Counted from the first letter of the stretch, positions 43,777-54,402 are shown. The stretch is DNA of 64,000 nucleotides from Candidatus Campbellbacteria bacterium GW2011_OD1_34_28 (GCA_001029775.1 CP011215.1:618303-682302), one strand, 5' to 3'. Notes: generated by a model not told the origin, from the sequence alone. Program-made: numbers and translations.

Positions 43777-44710
43777 GAAAGAAAAAATTGTAAATTTCCT
43801 TAATCAAAAGATCTCACACATAGTCGTCGTCAGCTTGTTATTTTTTGTAACAATCCCCGCAGTTGCTTTTGGTTTTTGGTATGGATATAAAAGCGTTACA
43901 GAATTATCTGAACAAATAAATTCTCTCTCAAAAAATATAGAACAAATAAAAACAGAACTTTCCTCTACAACTGTCGCTTTTGAAGATAACATCAGCAGAA
44001 CACAAGAATCATTAAGCAAAGAAATTTCAAGAGAAAAAGAAAATCTTGAATCAAAATTATCAAATGTTCAAGCAGAAGTTGGCTCTGTTTCTGGTACTGT
44101 GAATACTTTGGAAAAATTGAGTAAAACAGATCCTGAACTTTTGCAAAAGTATTCAAAAGTATTTTTCCTAAGCGAACATTATGCTCCATCTCGTTTAGCC
44201 GAAATACCCAATGAATACAAATATTCTGAAAATAAAACTCATTTATTTTATGAGAGTGCCTACCCTTATTTAAAAAATATGCTAAAGACAGCAAAAACAG
44301 CCGGTGTAGAAATATATGTGTATTCCGCCTATCGTTCTTTTGACACACAGGAGGCTCTCAAAGGACAATACACGATTACATACGGATCTGGAACAGCCAA
44401 TCAATTTTCCGCAGATCAAGGATACTCGGAACATCAAATAGGAACCACGGTTGATTTGATAACAACAGGACTGGGGGGTTCATTATCAGGATTTGATAAC
44501 ACAAAAGCTTACACTTGGCTTTTGCAAAATGCATACAAATTTGGATTTGTTCTTTCTTATCCAAAAGGAAACAGCTATTACATCTATGAACCTTGGCACT
44601 GGAGATTTGTCGGAGTTGAATTGGCAACTTATTTAAAAAATAATAATAAATATTTTTACGATTTAAGCCAAAGAGAGATTGACGAATATTTGGTTTCTAT
44701 TTTTGATTAA
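43775..44710 (+). CDS. D-alanyl-D-alanine carboxypeptidase, VanY/M15B family, with an N-terminal anchor and coiled-coil (311 aa).
   Basis: ...YSAYRSFDTQ...SEHQIGTTVDL...EPWHWRFVG... matches the VanY zinc-ligand motifs (SxHxxGxAxD, EPWHxRYVG). Confidence 0.8.
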   Translation: MKEKIVNFLNQKISHIVVVSLLFFVTIPAVAFGFWYGYKSVTELSEQINSLSKNIEQIKTELSSTTVAFEDNISRTQESLSKEISREKENLESKLSNVQAEVGSVSGTVNTLEKLSKTDPELLQKYSKVFFLSEHYAPSRLAEIPNEYKYSENKTHLFYESAYPYLKNMLKTAKTAGVEIYVYSAYRSFDTQEALKGQYTITYGSGTANQFSADQGYSEHQIGTTVDLITTGLGGSLSGFDNTKAYTWLLQNAYKFGFVLSYPKGNSYYIYEPWHWRFVGVELATYLKNNNKYFYDLSQREIDEYLVSIFD

Positions 44711-44724
44711 CTTTACAAAAACTT

Positions 44725-44764
44725 AATGTGTATAAAAAGAACGACCGTACTTTTTATACACATT
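44725..44764. terminator. Palindrome AATGTGTATAAAAAGAACG-AC-CGTACTTTTTATACACATT between convergent vanY-like and uvrC genes. Family member 6 by its ACGACCGT centre.
   Basis: 19-bp arms with one A.A mismatch. Contains the same AACGACCGT core as the palindrome family. Confidence 0.7.
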
Positions 44765-44780
44765 TTATTTTATATAAAAT

Positions 44781-45998
44781 TTATATAAATTCTTTTCTTC
44801 GTTTTTGTTTGTGAAATTTGATAGCAAAACGATGTGCTTCACTATTTGCAAGCAAAATATCTCTTTCATTTTTACTTATTATTTCAGAGTTACCTAAAAA
44901 GCCTCTTGCTCTGTGGTGTTCGTCTTTTGTCACCGCAACAACCGATATTTTATATCCAAAATCTGACAAAACTTTTTCAGCAATATTTTTTTGTGCCTTT
45001 CCACCGTCAACAATTATTATTTTTGGCATTCTCCATTCATCGTGTGCAAATCTTCTTTCCAATATTTCTTTTAATGCTCCCGTATCTCCACCCCCAACAC
45101 TACGAATATTAAATTTTTTGTATTCAGATGTTTTTATCATTCCCCCTTCAATGACTGTCATCACCCCTACCCTGTTTTTTTCCGACATATGAGCAATATC
45201 GTACGCTTCTATCCTGTTTCCTTCAGAGATATTCTGTTCTTTTAATAAAGCGATATCTTGAATATGTGACAAAGCAAAAATCTGTCTCTTTGTCTTGTCT
45301 GCTTTTTCAAATTCTTGTTTTTTAACAAAATCTTTCATATCTTTTTCCAATTTTTTCAAAAGAGATTCTTTTTTGCCCTCAAAAAACATTTTTATACTTC
45401 TGACAGTCTTGTTATAATCGCTTTTCAAAACGACAGAAAAATCAGGAGATAATCCCAATTCTACATTTAAACCAGACTTTATCTTTTTTTTATTTAGGTC
45501 TCGGGGACCTAAGTCTTTTTCACCACGAAATGGAAAAATCTTTCTGACTATTTTCAATGCCTCTTTTAGTTGTAGTGCATAAGGAAAAGGTCCAAACTGA
45601 TATTTGATATCAAAGCCCAAATTTTCTTTGTGTTGTAAATCGTGTTCACGAACCAAAATTATACGAGGATATTCTTCGTTCGTTATTACGACATGATTGT
45701 AGCTCTTGTTATCTTTACCAATTGTATTAGCAGAAGGATTGTGTTTTTTAATCAAATTGGCTTCCAAAATCAACGCTTCTAAAACGGAATCGGTTTCTTT
45801 CCAATCTATATCATCTACCAACTCCATCATTTTTGTTATCTTTGGCCCCCTTCTCAAAACAAGATCATCACCAAAATAACTCTTTATTCTATCGTGCAAA
45901 GAAGTTGCTTTTCCGATATACAAGACGGACTTGTTTTTTTTGAATAGGTAAACACCTGGAGAATCAGGCATTTTTTTAAGCTTTTGAGATAAATTCAT
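44781..45998 (-). CDS. uvrC: Excinuclease ABC subunit C-like (short form, 405 aa).
   Basis: N-terminal GIY-YIG (PGVYLFKKNKSVLYIGKATSLHDRIKSYF). Central UvrC region. C-terminal RNase H-like endonuclease region. Appears to lack the long HhH tail of canonical UvrC, which is about 600 aa. Confidence 0.75.
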   Translation of the reverse strand: MNLSQKLKKMPDSPGVYLFKKNKSVLYIGKATSLHDRIKSYFGDDLVLRRGPKITKMMELVDDIDWKETDSVLEALILEANLIKKHNPSANTIGKDNKSYNHVVITNEEYPRIILVREHDLQHKENLGFDIKYQFGPFPYALQLKEALKIVRKIFPFRGEKDLGPRDLNKKKIKSGLNVELGLSPDFSVVLKSDYNKTVRSIKMFFEGKKESLLKKLEKDMKDFVKKQEFEKADKTKRQIFALSHIQDIALLKEQNISEGNRIEAYDIAHMSEKNRVGVMTVIEGGMIKTSEYKKFNIRSVGGGDTGALKEILERRFAHDEWRMPKIIIVDGGKAQKNIAEKVLSDFGYKISVVAVTKDEHHRARGFLGNSEIISKNERDILLANSEAHRFAIKFHKQKRRKEFI

Positions 45999-46135
45999 AT
46001 TTTAAATTCCAAATTACAAGCACCAAACCACAAACAATATTCAAATTCTAATAACCAAAATTCAAAACTATTTAGTATTTGATGTTTATTATTTAATTTT
46101 TGTTTGTAATTTGTTATTTGTAATTTGTGATTTTG

Positions 46136-48757
46136 CTACTTCAGATATCTTTTCAGATAATCACCAGTATAAGACCCTTCGGTCTCTGCCACTTCTTCCG
46201 GTGTTCCTTTTGCAACCATTTTTCCTCCGCCAATACCACCATCTGGTCCGATATCTATAATATAATCCGAAGATTTTATTAAATCCATATTGTGCTCAAT
46301 CACAACAACAGTGTTGCCTCGGTCCACCAATTTTTGCAATATTTCTATCAGTTTTTTTACATCATCATAATGCAGACCGATTGTTGGTTCGTCCAAAAGA
46401 TAAATAGTTTTTTGAGTGATTGGGCGATACAATTCGGAAGAGATTTTTACTCTCTGAGACTCTCCTCCCGATAATGTAGATGCAGGTTGTCCCAATTCTA
46501 AATATCCAAGTCCTACATCCATCAATGTTTTCAACCTATCATAAATTGCTGGAATATCCTCAAAAAATTGTAACGCTTCTTCTACTGTCATAGACAAAAC
46601 ATCGTGTATATTTTTACCTTTGTATTTTATTTCCAAAGTTTCTTTGGTAAATCTTTTTCCATTACATACATCACAATTTACATGAACCGTCGGTAAAAAG
46701 TGCATCTCTACAGCGATTTCTCCCTTTCCTTCACACGCTTCACAACGACCACCTTTCACATTGAAAGAAAATCTGTTAGCCTTCCAACCTCTTGCTCGCG
46801 CCTCGCTAGTATAAGCAAAAAGATCTCGGATATGCGTAAAAGTACCCGTGTATGTTGCAGGATTTGAACGACTGGTTCTGCCGATTGAAGACTGATCAAT
46901 CAAGATCACACGACTCAAATATTCTGTACCAGTAAATTTTGCACAATTAAAAACAGAAGCAGAACGATACTTTCTATCAAATCTTGCCTGCAAATTTTTA
47001 TGTAATATTTCATACATAAAACTGGATTTTCCAGAACCAGAAACACCTGTGATTGTCACAAATTTTCCCAAAGGCACTTCTGCCTTCATATTTTTTATAT
47101 TAAATACTTTTCCTCCTTCTATTTTTAGAGAACCCTTGTCACTCGTCCTTCTTTTTTCTGGCAATTCTATTTTCTTTTCTTCTCGCAAATATGCCAAAGT
47201 ATTTGAACCAGAATCGTTATATTTTGCCTTTAACAAATCATCTAAGTATCCAGAAACTATTACTTCTCCTCCGTGCACACCCGCCCCTGGACCGATATCA
47301 ACAAGATAGTCGGCAGAAAAAATAGTATCCTCGTCGTGTTCTACAACAATAATAGTATTGCCCAAATCTTTCAATCTCAACAATGTCTTTATCAATCTGT
47401 CGTTGTCTTTAGAATGAAGTCCTATTGTCGGTTCGTCCAAAACATACAAAGCACCAACAAGCCCAGAACCAAGCTGACTTGCTAGACGAATTCTTTGAGC
47501 TTCTCCACCAGACAAAGTATTGGCGCGTCTATCCAATGTTAAATATTCAATACCAACATTTATCATAAAACTTAATCTCTCCAAAATCTCTCGCACCACT
47601 ACTTCTGAGATTTCTTTTTCTTTTTCGCTCATTTTTACATTTTCAAAAAAATCTTTTGCGTCTGAAACAGAAAGAGCTGTCAATTCTACTATATTTTTTT
47701 TACCCCATTTTTCGCTAGTCAAAAAAATATTCAAAGCCTCTGGTCGCAAACGAGCACCATTACACACAGGGCAAGATTCTTTCACCCAAAAATCTGCAGT
47801 TCCTAAACCGTTACATTCTGGACATGCTCCATAAGGCGAATTGAAAGAAAAAAGTCTTGGCTCTATTTCAGGATATGAATATCCGTCAAAAGGACAAGAA
47901 AATTTTGTAGAAAGTAACAATTCTTCTTTGTCTGAGAAAACATTTTTTACAAGACCGTTTGATTCTATTACTGCTTTTTCAATAGCGTCACGCAATCTCT
48001 CCAATGTCGCTTTTTTAAGTGATTCTTTGATCCCAATCAAATCTTCTTTTTTATCATATTCAAAATCAGATAAATCAATACTATCAATCACAATACTGAT
48101 ATCGTGTTTTTTTGTTTTAGTTAATTCTATTTTTTCTCGCAAACTATATTTTTTGCCATCTATTACAACACTTGTATATCCTTTACCTAAATAATCATAC
48201 AGCAACTGGTAATACTCGCCTTTTCTACCTCGGACAACTGGTGCTAAAATATCCAATTTTTTTGTTCCCTCTTTAGATTTTTCTTTTATTTTTTTCAAAA
48301 TAAATTTTTGAATTTCTTCGTTAGAAAGTTTTTCTATTTTTCTTCCGCATTCCAGACAATATGGGTGACCAACACGCGCATACAAAATACGCAAATAATC
48401 ATAAATTTCTGTGATGGTCGCTACGGTTGAACGAGGGTTGTTGGAACGAGATTTTTGATCAATAGAAATTGCAGGAGAAAGTCCGATAATTTCGTCTACA
48501 TCCGGTTTTTGCATTTGAGAAATAAATTGTCTGGCATAAGCGGAAAGCGATTCAATATATTTTCTCTGACCCTCGGCAAAAATAGTATCAAAAACGAGAG
48601 AAGATTTTCCGGAACCAGAAAGACCCGTAACCGCGACCATTTTGTTTCTAGGCATTTTTACGGTGATGTTTTTGAGGTTATGTGTCCTTGCTCCTCGCAC
48701 CTCAATCCAATCGTGTGGGTTAACCCCGCTATTCTTTTTTTCTTTTTCTTTTGACAT
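46136..48757 (-). CDS. uvrA: Excinuclease ABC subunit A (873 aa).
   Basis: Two ABC ATPase modules ([10 protein letters not shown]; GVSGSGKSS). Zn-finger CxxC clusters. LSGGE signature motifs. Confidence 0.95.
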   Translation of the reverse strand: MSKEKEKKNSGVNPHDWIEVRGARTHNLKNITVKMPRNKMVAVTGLSGSGKSSLVFDTIFAEGQRKYIESLSAYARQFISQMQKPDVDEIIGLSPAISIDQKSRSNNPRSTVATITEIYDYLRILYARVGHPYCLECGRKIEKLSNEEIQKFILKKIKEKSKEGTKKLDILAPVVRGRKGEYYQLLYDYLGKGYTSVVIDGKKYSLREKIELTKTKKHDISIVIDSIDLSDFEYDKKEDLIGIKESLKKATLERLRDAIEKAVIESNGLVKNVFSDKEELLLSTKFSCPFDGYSYPEIEPRLFSFNSPYGACPECNGLGTADFWVKESCPVCNGARLRPEALNIFLTSEKWGKKNIVELTALSVSDAKDFFENVKMSEKEKEISEVVVREILERLSFMINVGIEYLTLDRRANTLSGGEAQRIRLASQLGSGLVGALYVLDEPTIGLHSKDNDRLIKTLLRLKDLGNTIIVVEHDEDTIFSADYLVDIGPGAGVHGGEVIVSGYLDDLLKAKYNDSGSNTLAYLREEKKIELPEKRRTSDKGSLKIEGGKVFNIKNMKAEVPLGKFVTITGVSGSGKSSFMYEILHKNLQARFDRKYRSASVFNCAKFTGTEYLSRVILIDQSSIGRTSRSNPATYTGTFTHIRDLFAYTSEARARGWKANRFSFNVKGGRCEACEGKGEIAVEMHFLPTVHVNCDVCNGKRFTKETLEIKYKGKNIHDVLSMTVEEALQFFEDIPAIYDRLKTLMDVGLGYLELGQPASTLSGGESQRVKISSELYRPITQKTIYLLDEPTIGLHYDDVKKLIEILQKLVDRGNTVVVIEHNMDLIKSSDYIIDIGPDGGIGGGKMVAKGTPEEVAETEGSYTGDYLKRYLK

Positions 48758-48991
48758 AGTTTTTTAAAAAGCTAACAGCTAATAGCCGATAGCTTATAGC
48801 AACAACGAACGAATTTTTGCGAAGCAAAAATTCGTCTCCACCTAAACGCTACACGCTAAACCCTATACCCTTATCATTTCCTCAGAAATGATAAAACTCC
48901 CCCTGAAGAGGATTACTTCTATATAGTAATTGAATAGAAAACCAAAAGCAACGATTTGGGGTTTATTTAATTTTTATTTCTTACTGGGGTT

Positions 48992-51031
48992 TTATTTTCT
49001 CTTTAACGGTTTTAGTTTTTTATTTTCTTGTGTTTTATTAGACATTTTTTCCAATTCTCTAATCTCATCTCTCAAAATAGCTGCTGTTTCAAAATCCAAA
49101 ATTTTTACAGCCGAATCCATTTGTCTTTTCTTTTCTATAACAAATCTCTTTGGATTTTTTTTCATCAATTCCAAATCCACTGCCAAAAGATTTCCAACGA
49201 TCTTTTCATGTTCACTACGCATCTGATCGGCGATGCTAGTGATTTTTTTACTAATTGTTTTTGGAGTAATGCCGTGTTTTTCATTGTACGCTATTTGGAT
49301 TTTTCTACGACGATCTGTTTCTTCAATCGCTTTTTGCATTGATTTAGTAACGTGGTCCGCATACAAAATCACTCGCCCATCCACATTTCTGGCAGCTCGT
49401 CCGATTGTTTGAATAAGAGAAGTTGCAGAGCGCAAAAAACCTTCCTTGTCTGCATCCAATATTCCAATCATAACAACCTCTGGCATATCAAGACCTTCTC
49501 GGAGCAAATTGACCCCAACCAAAATATCATATTTTCCTTTTCTAAAATCAGTAATTATATCTATTCTTTCAACTGTTCCAATATCGCTGTGTATATAAAC
49601 AGATTTAATTCCTCTCTCGTCCAAATATTCTGATAAGTCTTCTGCCATCTTTTTGGTCAATGTAGTTGCCAAAACACGCCCACCTTTTGCAATGGTTTTT
49701 TCCGCTTCGGCAATAAAATCTTGTACCTGCCCACCATGATCTTTTACCTGCTGAATTGGTTTTACAACAATCTGTGGGTCAACAAGACCTGTCGGACGAA
49801 TAATTTGTTCTGCAATATTTGTTGAATGTTCCATTTCATAAATCCCCGGAGTAGCGGATGTATAAACCACCTGTCCAATTTTCTTTTCAAATTCTTCAAA
49901 TGTTAGAGGTCTATTGTCCTTTGCACTTGGCAATCTAAAACCATATTCCACCAAAGTATTTTTTCGTGATCTGTCCCCTGCATACATGCCACCGATTTGT
50001 GGCACCGCTACGTGAGATTCGTCTATCACAGTCAAAAAATCTTCTGGAAAATAATCTAACAATGTGTAAGGTGGTTCACCTTCTTTTCTTTCGTCAAAAT
50101 ATCTGGAATAATTTTCTATTCCACTCACATAACCAATCTCTTTCATCAAAGCGATGTCGTATTTTGTACGCCTTTTTATTCTGTCCGCTTCCAACAATTT
50201 TCCCTCTTTCTCAAATTTTTTTAATTGTTTTTCCAAATCTTTTTCTATTTGTTTCAAGGCCTTTTCTTTTTTCTCTGGATTGGTAATAAAGTGTTTTGCA
50301 GGAAACAAAAAGTATAAATCTTTTTCTTCTAAAATAATTTGTGAAACGGGATCTATTTTTTGAATAGAATCTATCACGCCCCCTTCTATTTGAATACGAT
50401 AATTTTGCTTTTCATTAACGGGCATTATTTCTATTGCATTTCCGATCACACGAAACTTACCTGGTTCCAAATCGGCATTGGTTCTTTCAAAGAAAAGCGC
50501 TATCAAATCTCTGATAAATTTTCCTTGATTTATTTTTTCTCCCTTTTTTATTTTTAAATGAATTTTTTCATACTCTGTTGGGTTTCCCAGACCATAAATA
50601 CAAGAAACGGTTGCCACAACAATAACATCTTTTCTTGTCAGCAAAGATTGGGTCGTCGCATGTCGCAACCTCTCTACTTCGGCATTTATACTCGCCTCTT
50701 TTTCTATATATGTATCCGAAACAGCAACATAAGCTTCGGGCTGATAATAGTCGTAATAAGAAACAAAATAATGTACAGCATTTTCCGGAAAAAATTCTTT
50801 ATATTCTTGCGCCAATTGAGCAGCGAGGGTTTTGTTGTGGGTGATAACCAAAGTCGGTTTGTTTATTTTTGAAATCATATTGGCAACTGTAAAAGTCTTT
50901 CCTGATCCCGTGACACCCAAAAGAGTCTGGTGTCTCTCACCTTTTTTAAGACCTTTCATCAGAGATTCTATCGCCTGCTCTTGATCGCCTGCTGGTTTAT
51001 ATTCTGAATGTAATTTAAAATCAACTTTCAT
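48992..51031 (-). CDS. uvrB: Excinuclease ABC subunit B (about 679 aa). The track ORF starts at 51079.
   Basis: Helicase motifs (GVTGSGKT, DESH). Beta-hairpin region. C-terminal UVR domain (ILRDEIRELEK). Confidence 0.95.
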   Translation of the reverse strand: MKVDFKLHSEYKPAGDQEQAIESLMKGLKKGERHQTLLGVTGSGKTFTVANMISKINKPTLVITHNKTLAAQLAQEYKEFFPENAVHYFVSYYDYYQPEAYVAVSDTYIEKEASINAEVERLRHATTQSLLTRKDVIVVATVSCIYGLGNPTEYEKIHLKIKKGEKINQGKFIRDLIALFFERTNADLEPGKFRVIGNAIEIMPVNEKQNYRIQIEGGVIDSIQKIDPVSQIILEEKDLYFLFPAKHFITNPEKKEKALKQIEKDLEKQLKKFEKEGKLLEADRIKRRTKYDIALMKEIGYVSGIENYSRYFDERKEGEPPYTLLDYFPEDFLTVIDESHVAVPQIGGMYAGDRSRKNTLVEYGFRLPSAKDNRPLTFEEFEKKIGQVVYTSATPGIYEMEHSTNIAEQIIRPTGLVDPQIVVKPIQQVKDHGGQVQDFIAEAEKTIAKGGRVLATTLTKKMAEDLSEYLDERGIKSVYIHSDIGTVERIDIITDFRKGKYDILVGVNLLREGLDMPEVVMIGILDADKEGFLRSATSLIQTIGRAARNVDGRVILYADHVTKSMQKAIEETDRRRKIQIAYNEKHGITPKTISKKITSIADQMRSEHEKIVGNLLAVDLELMKKNPKRFVIEKKRQMDSAVKILDFETAAILRDEIRELEKMSNKTQENKKLKPLKRK

Positions 51032-51119
51032 AACAACACTATATAACAAGAGACAAAATGATGCTATATATTTAAACATTGGACAAAAACAAAAAAATAC
51101 TCTAGTCTAAATATAGAGC

Positions 51120-51407
51120 ATGGCTGTGATAGCCCCAAATTTCTTGGAGGGAGCAATAACCAACGATCAGAGGAACTGGAGGTCCCTCAATCAAACAGAG
51201 ACAAAAACAAACTCTCTCAAAAAAATTCAAGAGGACACGAAAATGCCCAGCAAAGACGACGACATCACCTACAGTGACAATCTTGCACCCCCCTTCTCCA
51301 CCCTCGTCGGTGTTGAGAGTGGAAGAAGAGCCGAGGACGAAGACGGTAACCGTGGTTACGGCAAAACCGACGAAGAAGCCCGGGAAGACCTCGAGCGCCG
51401 CAAGTAA
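51120..51407 (+). CDS. Small acidic protein. The 54-aa form MPSKDDD...GYGKTDEEAREDLERRK starts at ATG 51243 after SD AGAGGA. The 95-aa track ORF has no SD. Markedly GC-rich compared with its surroundings.
   Basis: The coding segment 51243-51407 is about 55% GC by eye against roughly 33% for the window. Strong SD and terminator. No family recognised. Confidence 0.4.
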   Translation: MAVIAPNFLEGAITNDQRNWRSLNQTETKTNSLKKIQEDTKMPSKDDDITYSDNLAPPFSTLVGVESGRRAEDEDGNRGYGKTDEEAREDLERRK

Positions 51408-51443
51408 TCTGAAATCCTACATGCGCTGATTAGCGCGAACCAA

Positions 51444-51476
51444 AAAAACCGGAGCATCACGCTCCGGTTTTATTAT
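51444..51476. terminator. Bidirectional terminator.
   Basis: AAAAACCGGAGC atca CGCTCCGGTTTTATT. Confidence 0.8.
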
Positions 51477-51491
51477 TTTCCTATTTTTTAT

Positions 51492-52031
51492 TTAATCATC
51501 CTCAAACTCGTCTTCACCTCCATTATTTATCGGTTGAGAAGTTGGCAATACGTTTGTATCTATCGTATTTGTTGTGCCTGTATTTTGACCAGAAACAGAT
51601 TTTATTTGAAAATCTCCTACATAATAATTTTTCAATATATCATAAGCAGTACCCGAATGTTTATGTCCACCAAGAATACCTGCAAAAAGATCTGTTGCTT
51701 CTTTTCCGCAACTGCTGACCAAGGTTTGTGTTCCACCCGGGTGAGCTGTCATATACGAAGTAATATTGTAAACCTTTCCGTCGACGACCATCCAACAATC
51801 ACTTTGCTTATTGTGTTGCGCAACAACAGAAGCACCCAACAATTTATTATTAACACCAGCGCTATTATTGATGTTACCCTCTGCAATATTAGAACCATTA
51901 TTATCAACAATTTCTAATCCCTGATTCACACTGTTTGGTTTACTAAATTCATAAGCAGTAAGACCAGCCGATAATATCGCCGTAACTACAATTCCAAAAA
52001 TAAACAAAGTTACAATAAATGTATTTTTCAT
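51492..52031 (-). CDS. Membrane-anchored cytochrome b5-like heme-binding domain protein. The track ORF starts at 52082.
   Basis: ...HNKQSDCWMVVDGKVYNITSYMTAHPGG... (the cyt-b5 HPGG motif). N-terminal TM. A start at 52031 removes the overlap with the upstream FRE gene. Confidence 0.65.
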   Translation of the reverse strand: MKNTFIVTLFIFGIVVTAILSAGLTAYEFSKPNSVNQGLEIVDNNGSNIAEGNINNSAGVNNKLLGASVVAQHNKQSDCWMVVDGKVYNITSYMTAHPGGTQTLVSSCGKEATDLFAGILGGHKHSGTAYDILKNYYVGDFQIKSVSGQNTGTTNTIDTNVLPTSQPINNGGEDEFEDD

Positions 52032-52035
52032 GTTT

Positions 52036-53352
52036 TTATAATAGCTTAAATTCTTCCGTATGGATAGAATTTTTCTTAACACCTAATAAAACAAACTGTT
52101 TTTTGAGATTATTCATCATATTAAAAGGTCCACACATAAAAATATCTGTCTCTTCCAAATTTCCAACAGCATTGTTGATCACACCCGCATTTAAATGACC
52201 ACTTTCATCCGATGTATACAAATTTATTTTAATATTTTTAAGTTCTTTTTCTATGGCTAAAATCTCATCCACAAAAACTTTTTCATCGGCACTTTTGGTT
52301 GTGTAATAAAAATCTATTTTTAGACCATCGTGTTTATTCACTTTTAAATCTCTTAACATACTCAAAAACGGAGTTACACCAATACCGCCCGCAATCCAAA
52401 TCTGTTTTTTGTATTTACTTTTTAAATATGAAAATTCTCCAAAAGGACCTTCTATTTTTGCAATAATTCCTGTCTTTAAATTTTTTAATTCAGATGTCCA
52501 ATCACCAAGCGCTTTTATTGTAAGACGCAATTTATCATCATGTGGAGCCGAACTGATTGTAAATGGATGATATTCGTTGGAAACGTTTGCTCCTTCAAAT
52601 TTGATAAAAATAAACTGTCCAGCAGTAAATTGTATTTTTTTGTCCCTCGGGTTCATTATTATTTCTACAACATCTTTACCAAAAATATTCAAAGACTCAA
52701 CAATGTAAGTGATTTTTTTTGTCATAAAATTTCCAAGAATTGAACGCTGAAGATAAACTAGAATAGCAATGGCAGAAAATCCCAATATATAAACTCTCAG
52801 AAAAATATCTTGCGAAACATCACTCGGTGTCAAAAAAGTATGTAATGCTCCCAAGAAAAAAGCCGTTCCCAAAAATTTGTGAGCAAATTTTAAATTTGGA
52901 TATTTCCATTTTGCAAAAAAAGTTACAATCAAAATTGTTATCATTAGCAAAAGTGAAAAAATACCGAAATTAATTGTCCAATTTGAACTTGGTATTAAAA
53001 ACTTTGCCGAGGTAATAACAGAAATAGGAATAAGTTTTATGGCCAAAAGCAACGGATGTATTGCAAGAAAAACAAAAGATATCACACCCAATTTGTGGTG
53101 AATATTATAAACCTTGTCCAAACCTCCAAAATAATTTTCCAGAAAATGCAAACGGGCGCTTAGAATCAATGTAATAGCAAAAAGAATAATGCCTAAAAGG
53201 CCTGTTATTTGTCCAAAGCTAGTGAATATAGAGAAAAAATCTACAAATCTAGAATCAAGTGGTTTCATTATAATCCACAAAATCAACGGAATAATCGCGA
53301 TAAAAAATATAAAAACAATCCCCAGCCTATTTTTTAACCTGTGTGCTGACAT
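52036..53352 (-). CDS. Ferric-reductase/NADPH-oxidase (FRE/NOX) family oxidoreductase: ferric_reduct 6-TM heme domain plus FAD- and NAD-binding domains (438 aa).
   Basis: The TM domain has paired His (HKLGVISFVFLAIH...). HPFTISS (FAD). GGIGVTPF (NAD(P)H). C-terminal ...CGPFNMM.... Confidence 0.8.
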   Translation of the reverse strand: MSAHRLKNRLGIVFIFFIAIIPLILWIIMKPLDSRFVDFFSIFTSFGQITGLLGIILFAITLILSARLHFLENYFGGLDKVYNIHHKLGVISFVFLAIHPLLLAIKLIPISVITSAKFLIPSSNWTINFGIFSLLLMITILIVTFFAKWKYPNLKFAHKFLGTAFFLGALHTFLTPSDVSQDIFLRVYILGFSAIAILVYLQRSILGNFMTKKITYIVESLNIFGKDVVEIIMNPRDKKIQFTAGQFIFIKFEGANVSNEYHPFTISSAPHDDKLRLTIKALGDWTSELKNLKTGIIAKIEGPFGEFSYLKSKYKKQIWIAGGIGVTPFLSMLRDLKVNKHDGLKIDFYYTTKSADEKVFVDEILAIEKELKNIKINLYTSDESGHLNAGVINNAVGNLEETDIFMCGPFNMMNNLKKQFVLLGVKKNSIHTEEFKLL

Positions 53353-53424
53353 GACATAATTATAGCAAAAGAAAAAAACAGCGCTATTAACAAGACAAAT
53401 ATTTTATGTGTTAAAATAAAAGGC

Positions 53425-54402
53425 ATGGAAAATATTTTTATATTTATATTTGCGATGTTTATGGTTATCAAAGGAGCAACGATGGCAACCAAGTATTCTG
53501 CTCAATTGGCAAACAATTTTCATCTTTCAAAATATACTATCGGTTTTATCATAATTTCTTGTATCTCGATTTTACCAGAAACATTTATCGCTATAAATTC
53601 TGCTCTTACAGGTATTCCCTCTTTTGGCTTAGGGACTTTATTTGGAGGAAACATCGCCGACTTAACAATAGTCTTTGCTGTTGTTATTTTGCTTGCTGGA
53701 AGAGAGGTAAAGGTTGAAAGCAAAATAATTAAAAATCACAAAGTTTATCCTTTCTTTCTTATGTTGCCACTTGTATTGGGATTTGATGGTTTTCTCTCTC
53801 GTTTAGAAGGTATTGCACTTATTATCGCTGGTGGAGTTTTTTATTATCTTGCTTTTAAAGATGGAAATGAAATAAATCAAAATCTAAAAAACGGGAAAGA
53901 TAAATATAAAAATTTTTTGATGTTGTTATTTAGTATGGCCGTATTATTGATTGGATCACATTTTACTGTGACATCTGCTGTCACATTAGCAAATTCGTTT
54001 GGAATAAACCCGATACTAATAGGGATGTTTATTGTCGGACTTGGAACAACATTGCCAGAATTATTTTTTGCACTTAAATCTATTAAAAAAGATGATGACT
54101 CTTTGGCGATCGGGGATATTTTAGGGACTGTTATGGCCGACGCAACAATCGTGGTGGGTATTCTTGCTTTGATAAATCCATTTTCTTTTCCGCGAGAAAT
54201 TATTTTTATTACCGGATTATTTATGGTAATGGCATCTTTTATATTATTTGGCTTTATGAATTCGGGACAAAAAATTTCAAAAAGAGAAAGCTTTTTATTA
54301 TTCTTATTCTGGATTTTTTTTGTCCTCGTCGAATTTTTTGCAAGTCAAAGCACAGAAATATTAAATAATACTCGAGAATTAGCATTGAATATATTTAATT
54401 AA
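53425..54402 (+). CDS. Ca2+/Na+ antiporter (CaCA/YrbG-like) membrane protein (325 aa).
   Basis: Two alpha-repeat-like segments (...SILPETFIAINSALTG..., ...GLGTTLPELFFALKS...). About 10 TM helices. Confidence 0.65.
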   Translation: MENIFIFIFAMFMVIKGATMATKYSAQLANNFHLSKYTIGFIIISCISILPETFIAINSALTGIPSFGLGTLFGGNIADLTIVFAVVILLAGREVKVESKIIKNHKVYPFFLMLPLVLGFDGFLSRLEGIALIIAGGVFYYLAFKDGNEINQNLKNGKDKYKNFLMLLFSMAVLLIGSHFTVTSAVTLANSFGINPILIGMFIVGLGTTLPELFFALKSIKKDDDSLAIGDILGTVMADATIVVGILALINPFSFPREIIFITGLFMVMASFILFGFMNSGQKISKRESFLLFLFWIFFVLVEFFASQSTEILNNTRELALNIFN

